A DNA stretch of 64,000 nt from Candidatus Tenderia sp. (GTDB lineage: Bacteria > Pseudomonadota > Gammaproteobacteria > Tenderiales > Tenderiaceae), in assembly GCA_031416075.1 (NCBI GenBank), contig JANOSY010000088.1:1-64000 (forward strand). The letters are read 5' to 3'. Of this stretch, positions 42,280 to 51,500 are shown piece after piece. Numbering within the stretch: the stretch's first letter is position 1; each line of letters begins with the position of its first letter. The notes beneath the pieces are model-generated. The model ran no database searches. It worked only from the letters and a program-made list of their open reading frames with translations, and had not been told where the DNA came from. The position numbers were made by a program, and so were the translations under genes.

Positions 42280-45200
42280 ATGTCCTGCACTGTTGTAAGG
42301 GCAATCACAGCTCTCTGTCCCGGCCCACTGGCCGGGCAGCGGGCCCCCTTACACCTTTATATAACAACCCTTCTTGGATTCCTGGTACTGCTCTGGTCAA
42401 CCACGACCCTGGCCGTCCCCCCTGGCACCATCATCAGCAACGTTGCCAGCATCAATTACACCATTGGCGGCCTACCCGGTCTGCCACTCAGCTCCAACAT
42501 CGATCAATTTACCGTGGTCGCCGCCGCCAATACGGTGGATGGCACCATGAGTGTGGCCGCGCCAGGCGGTAATCTATATGCCGGTTCGCCCCGCGCCACC
42601 ACCATCACCCTTAACAATACCGGCACCACCCTGCTGAACAATCAACAACTTACCATTACCGCACCGCTTAACAGCCAAGTAACACTGACCGGCAGTGGGG
42701 TCACGCTGGCCGCTTCCATGAGCAGCAGCACTACCACCACCTACATTTTTAACGTGGCAGATCTACCGGTTGCTGGCAGTCAGGACCTCCAGCTGGTACT
42801 GACCGCAGCCCCCACCGCTGTCAGCCGCCCCCAGACATTCACCGTTGCACACAGTGTTGATGGCACAACACTCCAGCAGCAATCCCTGACACTGAGCGCC
42901 TTGCCACGCACGGCGGCCAGACTGGAGATTCTGCAACACTCCCTCAGTAACAGGGCACTCTCGGCCATCGTCAATTCCACGCTGATCCGGGGGGAGAGCG
43001 GTACCTTTACCCCCATTGCGCCGCCGACACTGCCGGAGGCACCAGACCGGCTAGTGACCGACAGCCCCATCACACTGGAGCCTGCCAACGTATTCAGTAA
43101 TATCCAGACGCTTTTTATCCGGGTCACCGATCTGGATCAAAATCTCGACAGTACGGTTCAGGAGAGTCTCGACATCACCATCAAGCTGCCCGATCGAGAC
43201 GACTATGTCACGCTGCGAATCCTCGAAACCGGCATCGCAACCGGCATCTTCAGCGGTTACGTCACCTTTGAAAAAAACAGCGCCACCAGCAGTGGCGCGC
43301 TACCGGTCAAAAGCAATTCCAAGCTGCTGGTCAGCTATACCGATACGATCGATGGTGACGACAGTGTCGCCGAGACCGTGCTGATCGACCCCTACGGCGT
43401 GGTATTTGACAGCGCCACCGGCCAGCCACTGGATGGTTACACCGTACAGATGGTCAACACCGATACCGGCCTGCCCGCCACGGTCTATGGCGATGACGGT
43501 GTCAGCAGCTACCCCGCCACCGTGATCACCGGCAGCCCGGTGACCGACAGCAGTGGCAACCTCTACAGCTACAATACCGGCGAGTACCGTTTTCCACTGG
43601 CCCCAGCGGGTAATTACAGACTGGTCGTCACCTCACCCAGCAGTGCCCAGTATCGCTGGCCCTCAACCCAGTCAACCGAACAACTCCATAACCTCTCCCG
43701 CAGCAACCTTGCCATCACCCTCGGCTCGCGGGGTGAGCGCTTCCCGCTGCTGCCAGGACCACCGCTGCATATTGATATTCCTGTGGATCCGCTCACCACC
43801 CAGCTCTACCTCCAGCGCAGTGCCAACCGCGAGAGTGTCGCGACGGGTGACCTGATCCGCTACAGCGTCCAGGTTGAGAACAGCACCGCCACCACCCTCA
43901 ACGATGTGGTGCTGACCGAGTCCCTGCCCCACGGTTTCCGCCTGGAGCCAGGCTCCATCAACATGGACAACAACCCGCAACAACCCGCCACCATTGAGCC
44001 ACAAGGTACAACCTTCACCCTGAATCTCGGTGCCATGATCGCCGGTGAGCGCCGCCAGATCCGCTACGTCAGCGCCGTGGGTGCAGCACGCCAAGGACTG
44101 GCCAGCAGCAGTAGCCACGCCCGCGCCAACAGCGGTGCCGCCAACTCCAACCACGCCAGACACGATGCCATGGTGTTTGATGAGTTGATGCGTGGCCGCG
44201 CCCTGCTGCTCGGGCAGGTCATTATCAACCCCACCGACAACGACCCCACCCCCGCCAGCGGCTTAAAAGGGGTGCGTATCTATATGGAAGATGGCCGTTA
44301 CGCCATCAGCGATGAACGGGGCATGTTCCATTTTGACAACCTCACCCCCGGCAACCATCTAGTACAGCTCGATACCGCCACCCTGCCAGACCACTATTCG
44401 CTGGTGATGGGCGACCAGGACACACGCAACGCCCACAGCCCCAGCTCGCAATTTATCGACCTGCAGGGCGGCACACTCTGGCGTACAGAGTTCCACGTTG
44501 CCCGCAAGCCCACCCCCACGGGGGCGCTATCACTGCAACTCAGCAACACCGCACCCGACAGCCAAGGCAACATCCCCTATCAGGTAACGCTGGAGAACCG
44601 GGGTGTCAGCGCCAGCAACCTGCGGTTAACACTCATGATCCCCGCCACCACCCACTACCAGCCCGGCAGCAGCCACGTTGGCGGCCACCCCGTTGGCGAT
44701 CCTGATATTGTCGGCAACGTGCTCATTTATCGCCTGAACAACGACCACCCAAGCGGTGGCTGGCAACGTCAGCTCCACCTCACCCTGCAGGGCGACACTG
44801 GCAATAGTGCCAGTGGTGACAGCCGCGAATTGACCACCAAGGCGTCACTCCAGTTTGATACCCCCGCCCAGCAGAACCAGCGCCTGCCACTGCTGCAACA
44901 TACCTTTACACTCACCACGGAACAGGTCAAACAGGGGGAACAGAAGGTCCTGGCCGAAAGCCTCACCCTCGACAACTTCAACGGCAGCAGCAATGACCTC
45001 AGCGAGGAGCATAAAACAGTCGTGCAACAGCTGGCAGAACGCTGGGCCGGCCAGGATATCCACATCCACGCCATCGGCCACAGCGACAGCCGGGACATTA
45101 TTCAGAAGGAGAAGGAGGACCAGCGCCTGTTTGCCAACAACCAGATCCTCTCTGAATATCGCGCCCATGAGGTCGCTAACCAGCTCCGCCAGCAGCTCTC

Positions 45201-48200
45201 CCTGCCAGCCAACCGCATCTCCTTTGAAAGCAAAGGGGAGGACGAACCTGTCGCCAGTAATGCCACATCGGCGGGTCGAGCGACCAACCGCCGGGTAGAG
45301 CTTCATATATATAGCGTGATCAGCACCACAACCCCACATATCCACGGTACTGCCACCACCAGTGAGCGTCTGAGCAGTACCATCACCGGCCTTACACCCG
45401 GTGAACAGCCAATAACCACCGCGACCGTTACCACAACCACGGAGTACAACAGCCAGTGGCTCGCCAGCCAGACCGCCAGTATTGAGTGGCTGCTGCCCCA
45501 GGAGCGACCCGCGCTCCCCACCACCAACATCGCCATCAAACACCACAGCGACCAGAACGTCACCCTCACCCTCAATGGCCAGCCCGTGGCCGCCATGAAC
45601 TTCAACGGCACCCTCAACAACAGCCATGGTGCTGCCGTCAGCCACTGGGCCGGGGTTGATCTGAACGAGGGCGACAACCTCTTTCATGCCACCATCAGCA
45701 ATGCCCAAGGTGAGTTTATTCAACAACTTAACCGCAACCTGCACTACTCCAGCGCCCCCGTGCGGGCAGAGATTGTGCCAACGCTCTCCACCCTCATTGC
45801 CGATAGCATCACCCCGCCGGTCATCGCCGTACGCCTGTATGACAAAGACAGCCACCCCATCCACGCCGGCATGGAGATTGAGTACCAAATCAGCCCACCG
45901 CACCAGCCCGCCCAAGAGAGTTTTAATACCGACAACATGGTTGCCGCCCCTGGCAGACGCCACTACGCCACCTCCGACAATGATGGTCTCATCCTGATCA
46001 AACTCGCCGCCACCAACAGCACCGATGATCTACGTCTGCAGCTGCCCCTGGCCCACAACCGGACCGTAGAGTTAAAGAGCCGTCTCCAGGCCAAGGCCCG
46101 CGACTGGATACTGGTGGGGCTTGCCGAAGGGGAGGCCGGTTTTAACAGCCTGAGTGGCAATATGGAGGCGCTCGACGGCAACGCCGCCCAGGATCATCTC
46201 TACCAGGACCAACGTATCGCCTTCTTTGCCAAAGGCCAGGTGCTGGGTAAATGGCTGCTGACCCTGGCCTACGACTCCGATAAAGCACAACCACAAAAAC
46301 AGGGGAACGATCCAGCGCTGTTCCAGGCCATCGACCCCGGCAGCTACTACACCGTCTATGGTGATGCCGGTCAAAACGGTTTTGATGCCGCCAGCAGCAA
46401 AAAGCTCTACCTCAAGCTGGAGCGCAACGCCTTCTACCTGCTCTTTGGCGACTACCAGACCCAGCTCAGCGAGACCCGTCTGGCCCGCTACGACCGCACC
46501 CTGACCGGCATAAAGTCCCGTTATCAGAATGAACAATACAACCTCATGCTCTTTATCAGCGAAAACAGCCAATCCTTTGCCAAGGATGAGCTGCGCGGCC
46601 AGGGCAGCACCGGCCCCTACCCGCTGTCACGCAGCAACGTCGCCCTCAACAGCGAAAAGGTAGTGCTGGAGGTGCGCGACCGTTTCCGCAGCGAACAGAT
46701 TGTCAGCAGCACACTGCTGGCGCGCCACAGCGACTACGACATCAACTATCTGGAGGGCAACATCACCTTCCGCGAGCCGGTATTCAGCACCGATGCCAAC
46801 CTCAATCCGCAATACATCGTCATCAAATATGAGTCCTACACCGGCGACAGCCAGACCACCATCGGTGGCCGGGCCGAGGTGAAGGTCAACGACCAGCTCA
46901 AGATCGGCGTTACCCAAGTGAGTGAAGGGCGCGCTACAGGTGATGCCCTGCTCGGGGCCGCCGATCTGCAATACAAGTTCAACGATGCCACCACCCTGCG
47001 CCTTGAGACGGCCCGCAGCCTGATTGCCGACGAAGGCAGCGGCAACGCCTATCTTGCCGAAGTTGAACACCAGACCGTCAACAGCAGTAGCAAACTCTAT
47101 CTGCTGGATAACGACACCCATTTTGGTCTGGGACAAACCAACGCCAGCGAAAATGGCATGTACAAACAAGGGGTTGAGACACAGCTGCGAGCCAGCGACA
47201 ATATCAACATCAAAGGCCAGCTCTACCGCCAGGAGAGCAGCCTCAGCCACGCCAGCCGTGACCTGGCCGAGGCACAGGGCGAGATCAGCCGCGGCACTAC
47301 CCGGCTGCGCGCCGGCCTGCGTGAGGTGCAGGATCAGCGCGGCGACAACAGCCAGCAGCAGTCGGAACAGCTCACCACCGGCATCAGTCAACAGCTGCTG
47401 GACAGTAAGGTGACCCTGCGGGCCGACCGCGAGATCAACCTCAACAATGGCAATGACAGCATCGACTTCCCCGACAAAACCCGGCTTGGGGCCGACTACC
47501 ACATCACCCAGAAGATCAGCCTGTTTGCCGAACAGGAGGTGGCCAACAGCGACCTCCGCGATACCCGCCAGCGCCGTCTTGGTATCAAATCAAACCCCTG
47601 GAACGGCGCGGAGATTTACAGCGGCCTGAGCCACTCCAGCAGTGATAACGGCACTGCAACCAGCGCCAATGTCGCCGCCCGCCAGCGCTGGCAGCTCAAC
47701 CCACAGTGGAGCGTTGATGCCGGTATCGAGCAGTCCCAAACCCTAAGCCAGAATCTGAACCAGAACCAAAGCAGCGGCCCAACCCTCAGCCCACCTGCCG
47801 CCACGCCGTTCAACCTCAACAGCGGATTTGCCATCGGCAGCAACGAAGATTTCAGCGCCGCCTCCTTGGGTGTCACCTATAGCGACAAAGGGTGGCTCTG
47901 GAGCAGCCGTGTCGAGTCGCGCACCGGTGATCTGAGTGACCGTCGCCGCCTTGCCACCTCAGTACAGACATCACCACACAACGACCTCTCCATGCTCGCC
48001 TCCCTCAACCTGCTCACCAGCAGCAGCGCCCAGGGTGAACAGCAGGATAGCTCAACGGTGCAGCTCGGGGCCGCCTACCGCCCCAGCAATAGCCGCTGGC
48101 TGCTGCTGGATAAACTGACCCTGAAAAAAGAGCGCCATAACAACAGCACCCTCGACAGCAGCGGCTGGCGCATCATCAACCTGTTCAATGCCAATTACCG

Positions 48201-48576
48201 AGAAGGGCGCTGGCAGACATCGCTGCAATACGGTGCCAAGAGTGTTAAAGAGACCATCGACGGCAACGAACATAACCAGTTTGTTGACCTCAGCGGCATC
48301 GAGAGCCGTTATGATCTAACGCCAGAGTGGGACATCGGCCTGCATGGCAACATCCTGCACGCCTGGCAGCTCAACCAATATAACTACAACAGTGGTGTCT
48401 CGGTAGGCCACACCGTGGCCAAAAACATCTGGCTGAGCCTTGGCTACAACTTCAACGGCTTCCGCGACAGCGACTTTTCGCGCAGCAGCTATACCAGTCA
48501 GGGGCTGTTCCTCCGTTTCCGGATGAAATTTGACCAAACCACCGTGAAAGAGGCGATCCAGTGGGCCAGCCAATGA
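42280..48576 (+). CDS. Giant outer-membrane protein: N-terminal extension, Ig/DUF11/SdrD-like domains, OmpA-like peptidoglycan-binding domain, large C-terminal beta-barrel
   Basis: Signal-like hydrophobic stretch; GDLIRYSVQVEN..VVLTESLP; GVRIYMEDG..A.SD..G.FHF; GHSD...LSEYRA...G...P..N....GRA.NRRVE (about 44960-45310); C-terminal amphipathic strands ending WLSLGYN..GF.D.DF....Y..QGLFLRFRMKF. Confidence 0.8.
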   Translation: MSCTVVRAITALCPGPLAGQRAPLHLYITTLLGFLVLLWSTTTLAVPPGTIISNVASINYTIGGLPGLPLSSNIDQFTVVAAANTVDGTMSVAAPGGNLYAGSPRATTITLNNTGTTLLNNQQLTITAPLNSQVTLTGSGVTLAASMSSSTTTTYIFNVADLPVAGSQDLQLVLTAAPTAVSRPQTFTVAHSVDGTTLQQQSLTLSALPRTAARLEILQHSLSNRALSAIVNSTLIRGESGTFTPIAPPTLPEAPDRLVTDSPITLEPANVFSNIQTLFIRVTDLDQNLDSTVQESLDITIKLPDRDDYVTLRILETGIATGIFSGYVTFEKNSATSSGALPVKSNSKLLVSYTDTIDGDDSVAETVLIDPYGVVFDSATGQPLDGYTVQMVNTDTGLPATVYGDDGVSSYPATVITGSPVTDSSGNLYSYNTGEYRFPLAPAGNYRLVVTSPSSAQYRWPSTQSTEQLHNLSRSNLAITLGSRGERFPLLPGPPLHIDIPVDPLTTQLYLQRSANRESVATGDLIRYSVQVENSTATTLNDVVLTESLPHGFRLEPGSINMDNNPQQPATIEPQGTTFTLNLGAMIAGERRQIRYVSAVGAARQGLASSSSHARANSGAANSNHARHDAMVFDELMRGRALLLGQVIINPTDNDPTPASGLKGVRIYMEDGRYAISDERGMFHFDNLTPGNHLVQLDTATLPDHYSLVMGDQDTRNAHSPSSQFIDLQGGTLWRTEFHVARKPTPTGALSLQLSNTAPDSQGNIPYQVTLENRGVSASNLRLTLMIPATTHYQPGSSHVGGHPVGDPDIVGNVLIYRLNNDHPSGGWQRQLHLTLQGDTGNSASGDSRELTTKASLQFDTPAQQNQRLPLLQHTFTLTTEQVKQGEQKVLAESLTLDNFNGSSNDLSEEHKTVVQQLAERWAGQDIHIHAIGHSDSRDIIQKEKEDQRLFANNQILSEYRAHEVANQLRQQLSLPANRISFESKGEDEPVASNATSAGRATNRRVELHIYSVISTTTPHIHGTATTSERLSSTITGLTPGEQPITTATVTTTTEYNSQWLASQTASIEWLLPQERPALPTTNIAIKHHSDQNVTLTLNGQPVAAMNFNGTLNNSHGAAVSHWAGVDLNEGDNLFHATISNAQGEFIQQLNRNLHYSSAPVRAEIVPTLSTLIADSITPPVIAVRLYDKDSHPIHAGMEIEYQISPPHQPAQESFNTDNMVAAPGRRHYATSDNDGLILIKLAATNSTDDLRLQLPLAHNRTVELKSRLQAKARDWILVGLAEGEAGFNSLSGNMEALDGNAAQDHLYQDQRIAFFAKGQVLGKWLLTLAYDSDKAQPQKQGNDPALFQAIDPGSYYTVYGDAGQNGFDAASSKKLYLKLERNAFYLLFGDYQTQLSETRLARYDRTLTGIKSRYQNEQYNLMLFISENSQSFAKDELRGQGSTGPYPLSRSNVALNSEKVVLEVRDRFRSEQIVSSTLLARHSDYDINYLEGNITFREPVFSTDANLNPQYIVIKYESYTGDSQTTIGGRAEVKVNDQLKIGVTQVSEGRATGDALLGAADLQYKFNDATTLRLETARSLIADEGSGNAYLAEVEHQTVNSSSKLYLLDNDTHFGLGQTNASENGMYKQGVETQLRASDNINIKGQLYRQESSLSHASRDLAEAQGEISRGTTRLRAGLREVQDQRGDNSQQQSEQLTTGISQQLLDSKVTLRADREINLNNGNDSIDFPDKTRLGADYHITQKISLFAEQEVANSDLRDTRQRRLGIKSNPWNGAEIYSGLSHSSSDNGTATSANVAARQRWQLNPQWSVDAGIEQSQTLSQNLNQNQSSGPTLSPPAATPFNLNSGFAIGSNEDFSAASLGVTYSDKGWLWSSRVESRTGDLSDRRRLATSVQTSPHNDLSMLASLNLLTSSSAQGEQQDSSTVQLGAAYRPSNSRWLLLDKLTLKKERHNNSTLDSSGWRIINLFNANYREGRWQTSLQYGAKSVKETIDGNEHNQFVDLSGIESRYDLTPEWDIGLHGNILHAWQLNQYNYNSGVSVGHTVAKNIWLSLGYNFNGFRDSDFSRSSYTSQGLFLRFRMKFDQTTVKEAIQWASQ

Positions 48577-48595
48577 CAACCGCCACAACATCAAC

Positions 48596-51500
48596 ATGGA
48601 CAGTACGATGAGATACGGACGTTTTATTCAGCTCTGCCTGCTGGCCACCCTGCTGCTGGTGGTACTTTTGCCTCGTCCAGGGGTAGCGGCCATCACCGCC
48701 ACCACCCTATTTGAAGGGTCAACGGATGGCGATGCCAGCGCTTATACTGGACCCTCACTCAGCCCGTCGGCCAACAACCTGATTCTCGTCTGGATAACCA
48801 ATACCCGCTCCTCCTCCCCCACCGTGCCCACCTTTACCGGTAACGGCCTCACCTGGGTGCAGGTCGCCACCGTCACCTGGGGCAGCAGCGGCTCCCCCAC
48901 CGCACGTACCACCCTGTTCCGGGCCATGGGATCCTCCCCCGCTACCGGGATCAACAGCATCGATTTTGCCGGCAATACCCAGACCGGCGTGGCGATGTCA
49001 ATGATCCAGTTCAACAACGTCGACATCACCGGCAGCAACGGTGCCAACGCCCTGGTTCAGAGTGTCACCGGCAGAACTGATAGCGCCTCCTCCACCGCCG
49101 GGCTGAGCCTCACCCTGGCAGCGCTGGGCAATGTTGCCAACGCCTCTGTGGGCGGCTTTTCCAACTTTATCAACTCCGCCACCTCCATCTCCCCAGGGTC
49201 CGGCTACACCGCCTCGTCCGGCACCACCTATCTGGCCCCCAGCATCAGCCTGCGCGCCGAGTGGAAGAGTGCGGGCAGCACCATCGTCAACGTCACACAG
49301 AGCGGTACCTCCCACATTGGCGGGATCGCCGTCGAACTCAAGGCCGACCTCTGTGCCGGCAATGTGGTCACCACCATCGCCAACAGTGGTGATGGCTCCC
49401 TGCGTGAATGTATCATCAAGGCCAACCTCAACCCCGGCACCACCATCACCTTCAACATTACCGCTGCGGCCAACCAATCTTCCGGTGCCAACTCATGGTG
49501 GCGTATCACCCCCACCACCGCGCTACCCACCATCACCGCTGCCAATACGGTGATTGATGCCACCACCCAGACCAGTAATCGTGGCAATACCAATACCCTC
49601 GGCCCGGAAGTTGAACTCAACGGTGCCACCGTCGGTGCCGGGGGGTGGGACGGTTTTGGTGTGGCTTCGCCAGCCACCGGAGTCATCATCCGCGGGTTCA
49701 TCATCAATCAGTGGTCAGGGTCAGGTATCTCACTCTGGAGCGGCAGCGGCACCATCAGGGGCAACTACATCGGTACCAACTACGCCGGTACCAGTGCCCT
49801 GGCCAATACCAGCTACGGCCTCTACCTCAATACCAATGGCAATACCGTCGGTGGCACCAGTGCTGCGGACCGTAACGTCATTGCCGGTAACGGCGGGCCT
49901 GGCATCTACATTGTGAGCAACAGCAATACCGTGCAGGGCAACTACATCGGCGTCAACGCCAGTGCTGGGGCGATAGTTGCCAATAGTGGCCACGGCGTAC
50001 AGATACTCTCCGGTGCCACCGGCAATACCATTGGGGGCACAGCGGCGGGGGCAGGCAATGTGATTGCTGGCAACGGCGCTGATGGCATCAACCATAGTTC
50101 AACAGGCAGCAATACCGTACAAGGCAACTACATCGGTACCAACGCCAGCAGCGCGACACTCTCTAATGGTGGCAATGGCATTGCCATCTCTGCCGGCACA
50201 CTCAATGTGGGCAACGCCTCTGAATCCCAATCAAACATTATTGGCCCCAACAGTGGTGCGGGCATCAACCTGGCGGGCGGAACAGTGAATCTGGCAGGCA
50301 GTGTCACCGTGCGTGGCAACATGGCCCTGGCCAGCGGCACACTCGCCATGGGCAGCGCCACACTCAACCTCTCCGGTAACTGGAGCCGTACCAGCACCAC
50401 CGTCACAACCGGCACCTCCACCGTGGTGCTCAACGGCACTGCCCTGCAGAGCCTGACCATGAACGGCAGTAACTTCAATAATCTGACCATCACCAACGGC
50501 AGTGTTGCAGGTATCAGTTTTAATGATGGTTTTAACGCCGCCAACATCACCAATACCACCCCCGCCTCCCGGCTGACCTTTAAGGCGGGCGCAACCTACA
50601 CCCTCTCCGGCACCCTGACACTGGTCGGCAGCAGTGGCAACCAGATCATTCTGCTCAGCGACTCCCCCGGCACCCGCTTTACCCTGAACCCAACTGCTGG
50701 CGCGCAGAGTGTCAACTATGTCAACGTCAAGGATTCACAGGCCTCAACCAACAACATCACCGCCGATAACTCCACCAACAGTGGTGGCAATGATGATGCC
50801 GAGGCCGCACCACGCTGGGTCTTTAATGCCCCCGATACCACGCCGCCCGCCAGGATCATCGACCTGACGGTCACCTCCTCCACCACCTCATCCATCACCC
50901 TGAACTGGACTTCACCGGGAGATGACAATAACAGTGGCACGGCTACCAGCTATGACCTGCGTTACTCCACCTCGCCCATCACGGCGGGCAACTGGGCCAG
51001 CGCCACACAGGCCGTTGGCGAACCAACACCCTTGGTGGCCGGTAGCAGCCAATCATTTAGCGTGACCGGCCTGGCCGCTGCCACCACCTACTACTTTGTA
51101 ATGACCACCAGCGATGAGGTCCCCAATACCTCCGCCCTATCTGACTCAGCGGTTGGCACCACCGGCGGCGGTGGTGGCGGCAATGTGAGCTACTACGCCA
51201 AACGCAGTAACAGTGTCTCCATCGCCTCCGGCATCACCAGCAACAGCGGCTCCTGCGGCACAGATCCAACCGCCTACTACATTGAAGAGCTGTCAAAAAA
51301 CATCAGCGACATGTGTGTCACAGCAAATGCCTACCGCTGGGAGCAGTTGACGGCCGGCAGCTACTCGGACCACTACTTCAACACCGCCTATGTGGCCAAT
51401 ACCACCGTTACCGGCGTCTCTTATCAGGTCACCATCCGCGACAGCGGAACAGTAGGTTTCCAGCTTTTTTATGTCACCTCCGGCGGTACCAAAACCTATC

